64,000 bases of DNA. Source: Hemiscyllium ocellatum. Taxonomy: Eukaryota. The position numbers and the translations under genes are program-made. The notes under the pieces were generated by a model. The model had not been told where the DNA came from and did not search any database. It worked only from the letters and a program-made list of their open reading frames with translations. The number at the start of each line of letters is the position of its first letter. Position 1 is the stretch's first letter. Where the stretch lies: the NCBI RefSeq assembly GCF_020745735.1, contig NC_083426.1, forward strand, positions 44,950,001-45,014,000, in the 5' to 3' direction. Below, piece by piece: positions 37,522 through 48,729 of the stretch.

Positions 37522-37790
37522 GGAACATAGAACTGTACCGCGCAGGAATGGGCCGTTCTGCACACGATGCTATGCTGAGCATGAAGTCAAACAAAACTTG
37601 GCCCATATCCCTCCATCCATATTCATGTGCTTATCTACAGGTCCCTTAAATGCCCTTATCATATCTGCCTCCACCACCACCACCCCTGGAAGTGCATTCC
37701 GGACTCCTACCACTCTCTATGTAAAAATCCTGCTCCTCACTTCTCCTTTGAACTTCCCTCCCTCACCTTAAATGCATGCCCCCTTGAGTC
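37522..37790 (-). mobile_element. CR1 3' fragment
   Basis: GAACATAGAAC tail; CCTCCACCACCACCCCTGG. Confidence 0.8.
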
Positions 37791-37929
37791 AGACATTATT
37801 GGACTTTGTATACAGTCAGGAAGATTGGTGAAGCCACCCTACTGACTTTCCATCTAAACCCTTTGGCTGTGGCTGGGGAGGGGAGGTGGGGGGTGGATAG
37901 AAAAATGTTTCAACAATGTAAGCAGTTTT

Positions 37930-38033
37930 ATAGAGTCATACAGATGTACAACACAGAAACAGACCCTTCAGTCCAACTCGTCCATGCTGACCAGATATCT
38001 TAAATTAATCCAGTCCCATTTGCCAACATTTGG
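37930..38033 (-). mobile_element. CR1 3' tip
   Basis: Reverse complement of 27360-27460. Confidence 0.8.
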
Positions 38034-38036
38034 TTG

Positions 38037-38352
38037 GATTGATTAGATTAGATTGCTTACAGTGTGGAAAAAGGCCCTTCAGCTCAACAAGTCCACACCG
38101 ACCCGCTGAAGCGCACCCACCCAGACCCATTCCCCTACATTTATCTGACACTACAGGCAATTTAGCGTGGCCAATTCACCTGACCTGCACATTTTTGGAC
38201 TGTGGGAGGAAACCAGAGCACCTGGAGGAAACCCACGCAGACACGGGGAGAATGTGCAAACTCCATACAGCCAGTCGCCTGAGGTGGGAATTGAACCCGG
38301 GTCTCTGGCACAGTGAGGCAGCAGTGCTAACCACTGTGCCACCGTGCCGCCC
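38037..38352 (-). mobile_element. HE1-type V-SINE
   Basis: (GATTA)n tail, V-domain, A/B boxes. Confidence 0.95.
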
Positions 38353-38764
38353 ACACAGCTATTGAACATATGGTTTAGGAGCTATCTCACGAAGGCATAT
38401 AATATCATGAACCAGGGATCTGAGTGTATAGAGTTCTAGTCAGGTCATCTCTCATTTGGTCCTGTATAGAATGTGGGACTATCATCCATCAATATTACAG
38501 AAAAAAATCCATGACAGGTATATTTCTGTGACAAAACAAGCCATCGTTCAGTATCCCTCTGAATAACGATATTCTTCATTGCCTTCTCAAGCTCCACTCT
38601 CTCCCTGAGCACCACGCAGCTGTCCTGGCCATTGTCATCAACAATTGTCCCTTTTAGATCTGTGCAATCTCACTCAGTCAGTCAGCTTCCAGTCCTCATT
38701 ATTACAGAGCATTTCAGAATTTCTTTCAAATTTGTTTTACAAGCTTGTCATGAAATCAGTTATA

Positions 38765-38925
38765 TCCAATGGGGAGGATGGATGAAGCCTCAATTTGACT
38801 TCTATCTGAAAGACATACTTCTGACAGTGTGGGACTGTGCTTGGGTGTCAACTCGGAACCCGTGCCCAAGTTTCTAACCTGAGACTTCAACTTCCAGCCT
38901 TCGGATTCAGAGGCATGTAGCTGAA
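38765..38925 (-). mobile_element. Deu-domain SINE fragment
   Basis: ATCTGAAAGACATACTTCTGACAGTG...CAGCCTTCGGATTCAGAGGC. Confidence 0.5.
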
Positions 38926-39934
38926 GAAGATTTACTCAATTTCTTTATCAGCAATATGGTGGCCTTGCCAAATTGGTTTGCTCATACTCTGGTGTGGTAG
39001 GTGGGACACCAATGCACACTATCGAGAGAATGCATTCCTCCACGTCGACTCATTGAGGGTAACACATGCTAAAGAGATGTGAGCTATTTGTAAATAAGGA
39101 AGGAAATAATTTGCAAGTGAAGGGTTTCAACAGCCAAGAGGGAATACTAAGTTGCCTGTTCTCATGAGTGTAACGAATAAACTGAGCAGGAGTGGAACAG
39201 GAAACTAAAGCAAGTACAGCTCTGAGATTATAAAATATAAATGTTTTATTTAGCAAACACATCGCTTATGTTTTCATTCAATGCAGGCATTTTGGAAATA
39301 AGCTGTGATGTCTAGCACCTGGCATTGACAAACTGCCAGAGGTTGTTAGCCTGCCAACTCCAGCTTTCACTAGCTAAAGATGGGTTTTGTGGAATTTCAC
39401 CAAAACATCGCAATTGATTCATAAACCAAGTGAAATGCTGGAAAAACAAAGTGCCAGTGTCAACAACAACCCAAAGCTGGCATTAGGCTGGGAATTAGCT
39501 GCTGAGTAAATGATGAGTGTAAATACAGGACCTAGTGCTGGCCAGGTGCAGAGTTGGAGGACAGTGTTCTTACTAACAGAGGGCAAGCCTTGTCTCTGAC
39601 ATTGTTCTCACTTATCCACCCATGAAGCCATTCTACACTGGTCCCTTCCTTTTATTGGAACTGCTATTTCAAATTTGCCATGCTAATTCGTTCCCTTACA
39701 TTTAAAACATCCTGTAAAATAAAGGTATCTGCTCATCTCTACTTCTGATTCCAATTCCCTCTAAACTTTCCCAGATCCTGCATCTGACCCCTTAGTTAAA
39801 ATGGTCTGTTAAAGCCCCTCTGTAGAGTGATATTTAAAGAATGACATGTCATTTCAATACCATATAAATATAACACGCCATAGATCAGGCCTGGGAATTT
39901 CCATCAGGAACTCCCCCAAACTACTTCACAGAAA

Positions 39935-40490
39935 CAGATCACTTTGCAGAACACCTACGTTCTGTCTGCAAAAATGATTCCAGTTGCCTGTCACTTCAAC
40001 ACGCCACCCTGTTCCCTGGCCAATATCTCTGTTTCAGGCCTGCTGCAGTGCTCCAGTGAAGCTCAGTGCAGAAGAACAACAACTCATTTTTTGCTTGGGG
40101 ACCTTGCAGCCTTCTGGACTCAATATTGAGTTCAACAGCTTGAGGGCTTAGGCTCTCCCATGTACTTACCCCATCCCCACACACCAGACCTCGTTATCAC
40201 ATAGTGCTATTACACACAATCCATTGTCAGCCACTTACAGTCCCTGTTAACAGCTAGTCACCTTCCTAGTCAGATTGTTATCCACTCCGTACTCTCGTTG
40301 GGCTCCATTCCCACTTTTTGTTTATTCCTTACCCGCTCCCCGGCTCCACCTTCTGCATGTAACCCAATATTGACGTAGCGACCATCAGTTCTGAGGAAGG
40401 GTCCCTGGATCTGAAACGTTGACTCTGACTTTTCTCCACAGGTGCTGCCAGCCCTACTGAGTTTTTCCAGCGCTTTCTGCTTTGTTCCCC
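39935..40490 (+). mobile_element. PLE 3' fragment (GIY-YIG C-terminus plus pLTR)
   Basis: DHFAEHLRSVCKND, PVACHFNTPPCS, EEQQLIFCLGTLQPSGLNIEFNS. Confidence 0.88.
40387..40424 (+). ncRNA. Minimal hammerhead ribozyme motif
   Basis: AGTT-CTGAGGA-A-GGGTC CCTG GATCT-GAAAC-GTT-GACT; core boxes intact, stems contain G-U pairs. Confidence 0.7.
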
Positions 40491-40624
40491 CAAACTGCTC
40501 ATCAGCACTCACATGTTTCCTTACACCAGACAGCCAGCTGGAAAAGGTAGTAGTACAGTAATCTGTATATTTGTCAGCTCCTTGCTCTCTGTGCATTCTG
40601 TCCTATGTACGTACCTCAGGATGC

Positions 40625-40965
40625 AATAGGAACAGAAATAGGAAGAGGAAAGGACCACTCAACCCCTCAAAGTCTTCCTGCATTCACTTAGACCAAGGTT
40701 GATCTGTATACTTACTGTATATATCTGCCTAATGATGGTAATCGTGGTTCCATTAATAACCTCATTAACAAAGAAAATCAATCTCAATTTTACAATCAAT
40801 TGACTTCCAAAATGGACAACATTTTGGGGGGATTGCGTTCCAGATTCCTAGCTCTGAATGAAGGAATATTTCATGTCATTGGTTTCTAATGACCTCGTTC
40901 TAACTTTCAGGTGATTCCGCCATGTCCTGCACTCTACCAGCAGAGAAAACTGTTCCTCTCTACTC
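40625..40965 (-). mobile_element. Old CR1 3' fragment
   Basis: AATAGGAAGAGGAAAGGACCACTCAACCCCTC...GTTCCAGATTCCTA. Confidence 0.55.
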
Positions 40966-41379
40966 AGCCTCTTATTCACCTCAACTGGATCAATGCTTCA
41001 TCTTTATGTATACTGTGATGTATTGGTGTATGTATCTGATAAAGCTTTGCTCTGCTAAGGGACACAATGTACATGGACTGAAAATATTTAATTGCAATAG
41101 ATCATGAAGGAAGAAATTAATGAGAAGCTCAAATTTATCACAAATGACAGGCTTGTGAAATATTTTAGTTACCCCACGCTGGCACAGCTGAGAGAACCAG
41201 CTTCTCATTGTTTCTGGGAGCGGGTCCATTTTTACAGCCTTCATGCTGATGTGCTGGCTCCACCTTTAGTAGGAAGGTATTTCTTAAACTCAAGGTACAG
41301 CACATACAGAGAAACTGTTTCAACTGACAGGAAGAATCAAAACAAGAATCCACAAAATTTCAAATATGGGACCACAAAA

Positions 41380-42925
41380 TCATAAGATATATGAGCAGAA
41401 TTAAGCCATTCAACCTGTCATGTCTGTTTCGCTATTCAATCATTTTTTTAGATTAGATTACTTACAGTGTAGGAACAGGCCCTTCAGCCCAACAAGTCCA
41501 CACCGACCCGCAACCCATCCATAACCCTACATTTTACCCCTTACCTAACACTAAGGGCAATTTAGCATGGCCAATTCACCTGGCCTGCACATCTTTGGAT
41601 TGTGGGAGGAAACCGGAGCACCCGGAGGAAACCCATGCAGACACGGGGAGAATGTGCAAACTCCACACAGTCAGTCGCCTGAGGCGGGAATTGGACCCGG
41701 GTCTCTGGCGCTATGAGGCAGCAGTGCTAACCACTGTGCCACCGTGCCGCCCATAAATCATGGCTGCTATGTCTCTCAATCCCATTCTCCTACCATCTCT
41801 CTGTTACCCTTGATCTCCTTACTAATCAAGAACCTATCTATCTCAGTATTAAATGTATTCAATGACCTGTCCTCCACAGTCTTCTGTGGCAATGAATGCC
41901 ACAGATTCACCACTCCTTGGCTGAAGAAATCCCTCCTCATCCCAGTTTTAAAGGATCATCCCTTCACTCTGAGGTCGTGCCCTCAGGTCCGAGTCTCTCC
42001 TACGAGCGGAAACATCCCCAATCGACTTTATCCAGGCTTTTCAGTCCCCAGGAAGCTTCAATCAGATGCCCCCACCCTTTCTAAACTCCACTAATTACAG
42101 ACCCAAAATCCTCAACGACTCCTCATGTGAAAGGCCTTTCAGTCCCCAGATCATTTTTGTAAATCTCCTCTGGATCTCCTCCACTGCAAACACATCCTTC
42201 CTTTAGATATAGGACCCAAAACTGCTCTTAATATTCCAAATGTGATTTGACTGGCTGCCATCCTGAAAAAGACCCCTTTATCCCCAATTCAGTCAGTCAT
42301 CCAATCCTCTATCCATGCCAGTACCTTGCCCATGTGCTCTGATCTTATTTAGCAGCCTTCTGTGTAACACTTTGTCAAAGGCCTTCGGAAATCCAAATAG
42401 ATCACGCCACTGGCTCTCTTTTGTCTAACTTACTCATTACCTCCTAAAACAATTCTATAGATTTGTCAGATATGACTGCTCCTTAACAAAGCCATTCTGA
42501 CTCAGCCCAATTTTATCTTGCACTTCCACATACCTTGCAATCTCATTCTTAATAATGGACTCTAAAATCCTACCAATGACTGAAGCCAGGTTAATTGGTC
42601 CTATCCTTTCTTCATATGGGGTGTTATATTAGTCACTTTCCAGTCCTCTGGGACTCTCCCTGACTCCACTGATTCCTGAACGATCACCACCAATGCCTCT
42701 ACAATATCCTCAGCTATCTTCTTCAGAACTCTAAGGTGTAGTCCATCCGGTCCAGGTGACTTACCCACCTTCAGACCTTTCAGCTTCCCCAATACCTTCT
42801 CCTCAGCGATGACCACTACACACACTATCTTGACTACCTTGAAAATCTAGTATGTTGCTGGCGTGAAAACTGGTACAAAGTACCTAGTCAATTACTCCAC
42901 CATTTCTTTGTTCCCCGTTAGTATC
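41380..42925 (-). mobile_element. CR1 with internal deletions, split by an HE1 SINE
   Basis: KSPGPDGLHLRVLK...GRVPEDWKVTNITP; CATAAGAT tail. Confidence 0.88.
41449..41753 (-). mobile_element. HE1-type V-SINE
   Basis: Intact boxes; AATCAT repeated on both sides. Confidence 0.95.
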
Positions 42926-42949
42926 TAATTCAGGTAATTTGGGAAGCGC

Positions 42950-43713
42950 AGCAGGAATTCATCTCTCGGAAGAAGAAATATACTCGGGGCGGATAGGGGA
43001 GGATAGGGCAACTATGGCAGACAAAGGAAGTCAGGCATTGCATAAAAGCAAAACAAAAAGCGTACAATATGGTGAAGAATAGTGGGAAGTCACAGAATTA
43101 TGAAACCTTTAACAACCCACAGATAATTGCTAAAAAGCAGTTGGGGGTGGGGATGGGGGTGGGGAGAAGATGAACTGTGAGAGCAAGTGAGCTCACTATA
43201 TCAGGGAGGGTTACAAGAGTTTTTTTTAGATGTCAAAGAGGTAAGAGGGAAGCAAGAGTGGACAGTGAACAATAGGAAAGTGAGGCTGGAGAAGTAGTAA
43301 TAAGGAACAAAGGAGGAACTGAATAGGTACTCCAATTGAAACTTACAGGATACTGAGAGACCTAGATAGAGTGGACACGGAGAAGATGTTTCCATTGGTA
43401 GGAAAGACGAGGACCTGGGGGAACAGCCTCAGAGTGAGGGGATGACCCTTTAGAACTGAGATGAGGAGGAATTTCTTCAGCCAGAGGGTGGGGAATCTGT
43501 GGAACTCATTGTTACAGAGGGCTGTGGACGCCAAGTCAATGACTGCATTTGAGACAGGAATAGATCGGTTCTTGATCATTAAGGGGATCAAAGGTAATGG
43601 GGTGAAAACAGGAAAATGGGGGTTTAGAAACATATCAGCCATGACCAAATGGTGGAGGCAATGCGGTGATGAATGACCTAAATCTGATCCTATATCTTAC
43701 GGTTTTATGATTT
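42950..43713 (+). mobile_element. CR1 fragments: ORF2 linker region (to about 43330) joined to a 3' end
   Basis: MRRNFFSQRVGNLWNSL; upstream GAGGCTGGAGAAGTAGTAATAAGGAACAAAG. Confidence 0.8.
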
Positions 43714-44074
43714 TAAGTCTTCTCCAAACAGGTTGATCAGAAAATAGCTTGCACTTTCACATACAGAGTAGGCTGAAACTGTGATTGCTTGTTAGTGCGT
43801 GCATGTTATTAATGCATATCTGTGTAAATAAAGACCTATCAGTGTGTGCAAATGTTGCAATTCTACCTTCACCACCTGTGATCCTCCATTACTTACAAAT
43901 TACAATCCTGGGCATCAGTAAATTCATCACCAACTTCCTGGAAAACGATGAGCTCTCATGAGCAACAGAAATCCCACTGATATAGATTTGTCAGTGACTT
44001 AGTTTGGAGATTCTTGGTGAGCAGATGTTTTCTCCACATTTCAGACAATTAGCTGACCAGTAAATGCTGGTTCT

Positions 44075-44172
44075 CCAATCATGTTATTGCATGTAACTCT
44101 GAAACAGGTGGGACTCAAACCCAGGCCTCCTGTCCCTGAGGTAGAGACAGTATCACTGCACCATAATGGTCC
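44075..44172 (-). mobile_element. Short tRNA-derived SINE head
   Basis: Minus strand has TGGTGCAGTGA (A box) and GGTTTGAGTCCC (B box). Confidence 0.55.
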
Positions 44173-44722
44173 ATGATGGCTGAGCAAGTCTTTTATTAAT
44201 ACTGGTGAAAATTTGGTCATGTGATCTTGATAATGCAAAAAGGTCCAAAGTTGAAGTTTGATTCTTTTCAGCTACAGAGCCACACTCTAGTCTGATTAGC
44301 TTGTCCCTCTATCAGAAATAAACCTCCCACTAATCATTAGTGGATTCAGATGTCTTACTTTGTTTAAAGCAAAAGTGAATCAGATAGACCTGTTAGCTCA
44401 AATGATTCATTGTGTAGCTTAAAGCAAACACACCGATAAACCTGGAGATCATAAAACGTGTCTATTCATCACTCTAAAACCTTCCTGAGAAAACAGGTGA
44501 CTTCACACAGTGAAACTCATTGTCTCAAAAATATCCAAATGCTGCTTGCCTCTATCAAGGGTTCATTCCTAATCAATTCAAGCAAAATTAAAGCTGTTCT
44601 TCAACATTGTAAAATAAAAACAAGCAAAGGGAATTCACTGGAAACAATATTTCATCAAAAAATACTGAATTAATCAGCATGCATACAGGGAGGTAATGGA
44701 ATAGTGGCACTCCATTAGATTG

Positions 44723-45692
44723 GACATGATGTTTGCTGATGATGCAGCAGTTGCAACATTCACCAGCATGAACTCCAGTTACTAATAGACCACCTCTCTC
44801 ATGTTTGCAAAGATTTTGGGCTGACTATCAGTCTGAAGAAGACGAGCATCCTCGGTCAGGACACAGAGGCACTGATGGTCATCACTATCGATAACTACAA
44901 TCTCAGTGTTGTCTATCAGTTTACTTACCTTGGCTCTACCATCACTGACAACCTCTCCTCGAGAGATTGACAAGAGGATCAGGAATGCGGCCTCAACTCT
45001 TGCTCATCTTATTACTTGACAAGTCCCAAGCTGACAGCGAAGACAAAAATGTCTATCTACAACACCTGCATCATAAGCACACTGCTGTACGGCAGTGAAA
45101 TGTGGACTACATATGCCAGACAGGAGAGAAGACTTGAACACTTTCCACTTGAAGAGTATCCGCTATATCCTGGACATATCCTGGCAAGGCAGAGTGCCCA
45201 ACACAGCAGTCCTATCTCACATTGGCCTCCCCAGCATGTGCACTCTGCTCAGACAATGGAGACTGCGCAGGCTGGGCCACGTCCACCGCACGGAAGACAG
45301 CCACATCCCAAAGGATCTCCTCCATGGAGAGCTTGGATCCAGGAAGAGACCCACTGGTTGTCCCCAGCTGCGCTACAAGGACGTCTGCATGAGGGACATG
45401 AAGGCGCTTGATATCGTTATGGAGTCCCTGGAATGGCTTACAGCTGGCCGCCTGAGATGAACCCTGAGCCAACACCTCAAAGCAGGGGAAAAGAAGCTGA
45501 TAAGAGCTGCAGCCGACAGGCAGGCACCAAGGAAGGAGTGCAGCAGCTCTAGCCCACATACAGATGTGACCTCTGCAACCAGGACTGTCACTCCAGCATT
45601 GGTCTCTTCAGTCACAAGTGAATTGTTTCAGGAAAGCAGAAAGCTAGAACAGTGAGAATGTAACCCATGGTCAGACATGACCGAAAGGGGTC
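44723..45692 (+). mobile_element. RTE-clade LINE, 5'-truncated
   Basis: MFADDAA, FGLTISLKKT, FTYLGSTI, TLLYGSEMWTTY, RLRRLGHVHR, C-terminal CDLCNQDCHSSIGLFSH. Confidence 0.92.
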
Positions 45693-45819
45693 TCATGGTA
45701 ATCCAGAAATCCAGTCAAATACTTTGGAAATATGAGTTCAAATCCCACCATATCATGGGGTGACATTTGGATTGGTTCGGATGCTGATCTAATGGTAACT
45801 ATGCTGCTTGTCATAAAAG

Positions 45820-46024
45820 GAGAAAATGAGGACTGCAGATGCTGGAGATCAGAGCTGAAAATGTGTTGCTGGAAAGGCGCAGCAGGTCAGGCAGCATCCA
45901 AGGAGCAGGAGAATCGATGTTCTGGGATTCCTGAAGAAGGGCTCATGCCCGAAATGTCGATTCCCCTGCTCCTTGGATGCTGCCTGACCTGTTGCGCCTT
46001 TCCAGCAACACATTTTCAGCTCTG
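45820..46024. mobile_element. Fold-back mini-PLE (inverted pLTR pair) with central hammerhead
   Basis: 68-bp arms 45850-45917 and 45957-46024 (66/68 complementary); TSD CTGCTTGTCATAAAAG (45804-45819 / 46022-46037). Confidence 0.92.
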
Positions 46025-46969
46025 CTTGTCATAAAAGCCCATCTGGTTCACGAATGTCCTATAGGGAAGAAATGTGCCATCATTACCTGGTCTGGCTTAC
46101 ATGTGACTCCAGACCCATAGCAACATGGTTCACATTTTATTTTTTTCCCCTCTCCTTCTCCTTATGGTTCACATTTGACTGTGCTCTGGGCAATTAGTTT
46201 GGACAATAAATGCTGGATGTTCACATTGCATTAATAAACACAGGCCAGCTGTGCTCCCACCCCATTAACAAAGAATACATTTTACAATAAAACAATAATA
46301 GATTATATGAGATCAAATATTATGTAATGATCAGGCTTTCTGATAACATCACAGCTTATTGACTCATACTATGCTGACATGAATATGACTCGCTTGAATA
46401 TGCTGCCACTAGAACTAATTGGGACTAGGGTATCACTGAGACTTCATCTCACACATATTATTAACCATCATTCTGGACACAGCACCAAGAGAGAAGTTTA
46501 AAACGAATGTAGAAAGCAGTTTCATTATGAACATATTGCCAGGAAAGGGTAGCAAGTTTAAGAAGTGCACAGACAGCAGGGTTGAAAGTCCCCAGCACCT
46601 GATACTGCACATCCTAGAATATTGAAGGAAATAGTAAAAAAATCACACATCAGGTCATAGTCTAATGGGTTTATTTGAAAGTACAAGCTTTCAGAGCAGT
46701 GTTGCATCATCATGTTCCTAGTGGGGCAGGATCATAGGACACAGTTCTTCTCATAAAAGATCAAAGTGTCATACAACTGATGTGATATATTGAACAAACC
46801 TAGATTGGTGTTAAGTCTTTAATCAATTAGAAATGGAATGCGAGTTTCAATTGATTAATATGTAAATCCCAGAACTTCTTTCAAGTCACAGTCCCAAGAT
46901 AACTTAAAGTTTTATCAGTACATAAAAAAGGTAATATCTCAGCTCAGACAATGCGTTAAAGGTGGGAGG

Positions 46970-47178
46970 AACAGTTTCTATCCTACTGTTTTTAGAGTAC
47001 TGAATGGACTCACAAACTCTTAACATTCGCCTATACCTGTGTTTTTGTTTTTGCCTCTGTTTATCTATTATTTACTATCTGTGCTACTTAATTCTGTGAT
47101 CTGCCTGTATTGCTCGCAAGACAAAGCTTTTCACTATTCCTCGGTATACATGACAAAAAATTCAATTCATTTCAATTC
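46970..47178 (+). mobile_element. Rex1-like LINE 3' tail inside the PLE
   Basis: AACAGTTTCTATCCTACTGTT...TTTTCACTATTCCTCGGTATACATGACAA followed by (TTCAA)n. Confidence 0.75.
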
Positions 47179-47388
47179 TCAACTTTAAGACAGACTGGTT
47201 CTACTTCCAAAGTAGGAATTGATAAAATGTCATATGGTCCGACTGCCTACAAATTGTGTCTAATTGTGAACTACAAATTGTGAACTCAATAAAATGCATC
47301 TGCAAATACAAATCTGCAAATGCAAATTCACCCCATAGATTGTATATGCATGTGCTCATGGGTGTGTGCGTAAGGGGGACAGAGAGAA

Positions 47389-47416
<28 letters not shown>
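47389..47416. repeat. (TG)14 microsatellite in the PLE 3' region
   Basis: Read directly. Confidence 0.95.
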
Positions 47417-47419
<3 letters not shown>

Positions 47420-48016
47420 ATATAGTGTAGTGGGGTCACCTGTAGTCTCACATGAACCCAAGGTTGAGGCCTTCCTCATGGATACCGAACTTGGCTATCA
47501 GCCTCTGCTTGATCACTCTGCATTGTTGCACATCCCAAAGTCTGCTTTGGAGAATGATCACCCGAAGATCCGTATGACACTTTGATCTTTTATTTTCAAT
47601 TCTGTGTCCTATGATCCTGCCCTCCTAGCTACCTGGCGAAGGAGCAGTGCTCCAAAAGCTGATACCTTCCAAATAAACCTATTGGACTATAAGCTGGTGT
47701 TACACGATTTTAAACTTTGCCCATCCCAGTCCAACACCAGCACCTCCACACCTTGAAGGAGATAGTTATAAAGATGTTCAACACATTGGTAATCATCTTC
47801 CAAAATTCAGAGATTCTGGAATGATTCCTGCAGATTGGAAGCTTGTAAATTTAAGCACAGAGCAAGGGAAACTACAGACCTGTTGGCCTTACATCAGGCA
47901 TCTGAAAAATGCTGGAATTCATCATAAGAAATGTGATACATAGACGCTTGGATAAAAATGATCTGATTGGGCATGGTCAATGTGCATTTACAAATGGAAA
48001 ACTGTCCTTCCTAGCC

Positions 48017-48144
48017 TTCCTGATGAAGGGCTTCTGCTCAAAACGTTGATTCTCCTGCTCCTCAGATGCTGCCTGACCTGCTGTGCTTTTCCAGCACCAC
48101 ACTCTCGACTCTGATCTCCAGCATCTGCAGTCCTCACTTTCTCC
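48017..48144 (+). mobile_element. Solo PLE family-1 pLTR starting at a mutated hammerhead
   Basis: TTCCTGATGAAGGGCTTCTGCTCAAAACGTTGA...CTGCAGTCCTCACTTTCTCC. Confidence 0.88.
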
Positions 48145-48301
48145 GAACGGAAACCCCCACAGGAGGTTTGTGACTAAAGTTAAAGCAGAGGGTTTTTTTT
48201 TATTCACTACAAACAGAACTGTAACCTCCTGTGAATATCTTGGACTGTGAAAATAATGATTAAAAAAAAGAGAGCAGTCTGCATGAGAGACACATTTGTA
48301 G

Positions 48302-48400
48302 CCTGAAGAAGAGTCATACCGAACTCGAAACGTTAATTCTATTTCTCTCTCCATAGACCTGCTGTGTTTCTCCCGGATTCTCAGTGTTTGTTTCAGATTT
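48302..48400 (+). mobile_element. PLE pLTR fragment with intact hammerhead core but no stem I
   Basis: CTGAAGA-A-GAGT CATACCGA ACTC-GAAAC-GTT at 48303-48334. Confidence 0.75.
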
Positions 48401-48537
48401 TCATAATATTTTAATTAAACTTTAATAAACTTTTTATTAAACTTTGTCAAACTTTTTTTAATAGTATACAGTAATGAAAACGATAGTGTGAAAAGGTATG
48501 AGTAGCATCAGCCACTGTAGTGACATTAGAGATCATA

Positions 48538-48690
48538 TGAATTGAATTGAATTGAATTAGCTTTTTTGTCATATGTGCTCAAATGAGTACAATGAAAAAT
48601 TTACAAGTCACCACTTACAGTATCATCTTAGCTACCCAGGCATAAATTCTTCAGTACAAGTTCTAAGGGAAAAAAAAATCAGAAAAATAA
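48538..48690 (-). mobile_element. LINE-like 3' tail, same family as 17143-17300
   Basis: (TTGAA)n followed by TTGTCATATGTGCTCAAATGAGTACAATGAAAA. Confidence 0.6.
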
Positions 48691-48729
48691 GGAATTCATA
48701 GCAACAACATATGAGAGAGAGACTGCAAA

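Larger units (their letters stand above)
32150..37858 (+). mobile_element. Decayed Ty3/Gypsy retrotransposon fragmented by later insertions
   Basis: In order: LGKLNMKYQITL, EIEDML*QGVIS, YLNKAVQ*QLHPMIAVDES, TFITP, MDDSLIH, NDKCEFSKSVIQFL, IHVTSFLRYPQ, PVLEIGSRV, QSGRLVKPP, then a purine-rich tract near 37875. Confidence 0.8.
44688..46238 (+). mobile_element. tRNA-derived SINE with CR1-like tail, split by RTE and PLE insertions
   Basis: Head GGGAGGTAATGGAATAGTGG, B box GAGTTCAAATCCC near 45734, body CCCATCTGGTTCAC...CAATAAATGCTGG. Confidence 0.65.
46636..47752. mobile_element. PLE family-2 insertion with inverted pLTR ends
   Basis: Minus-strand GIY-YIG C-terminus DLRVIILQ...QRLIAKFGIHEEGLN; inverted arms about 46638-46774 and 47572-47711; TSD TTGAAGGA(A/G)ATAGT (46622-46635 / 47753-47766). 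Confidence 0.88.
46545..48180 (+). mobile_element. Old CR1 RT fragment hosting PLE insertions
   Basis: HPRILKEIV, then LVIIFQNSEILE / IPADWK and NYRPVGLTS. Confidence 0.7.

Noticed and set aside
39300-39500. Degenerate palindrome (TCCAGCTTTCACT / AGTGAAATGCTGGA) as a MITE or pre-miRNA
   Set aside because: Pairing is patchy, and no termini or TSD can be defined.
48017-48334. Two nearby same-strand hammerheads forming an active heterodimer via AACGTT
   Set aside because: The first lacks the G of GAAA, and the second has no stem I partner in either copy.
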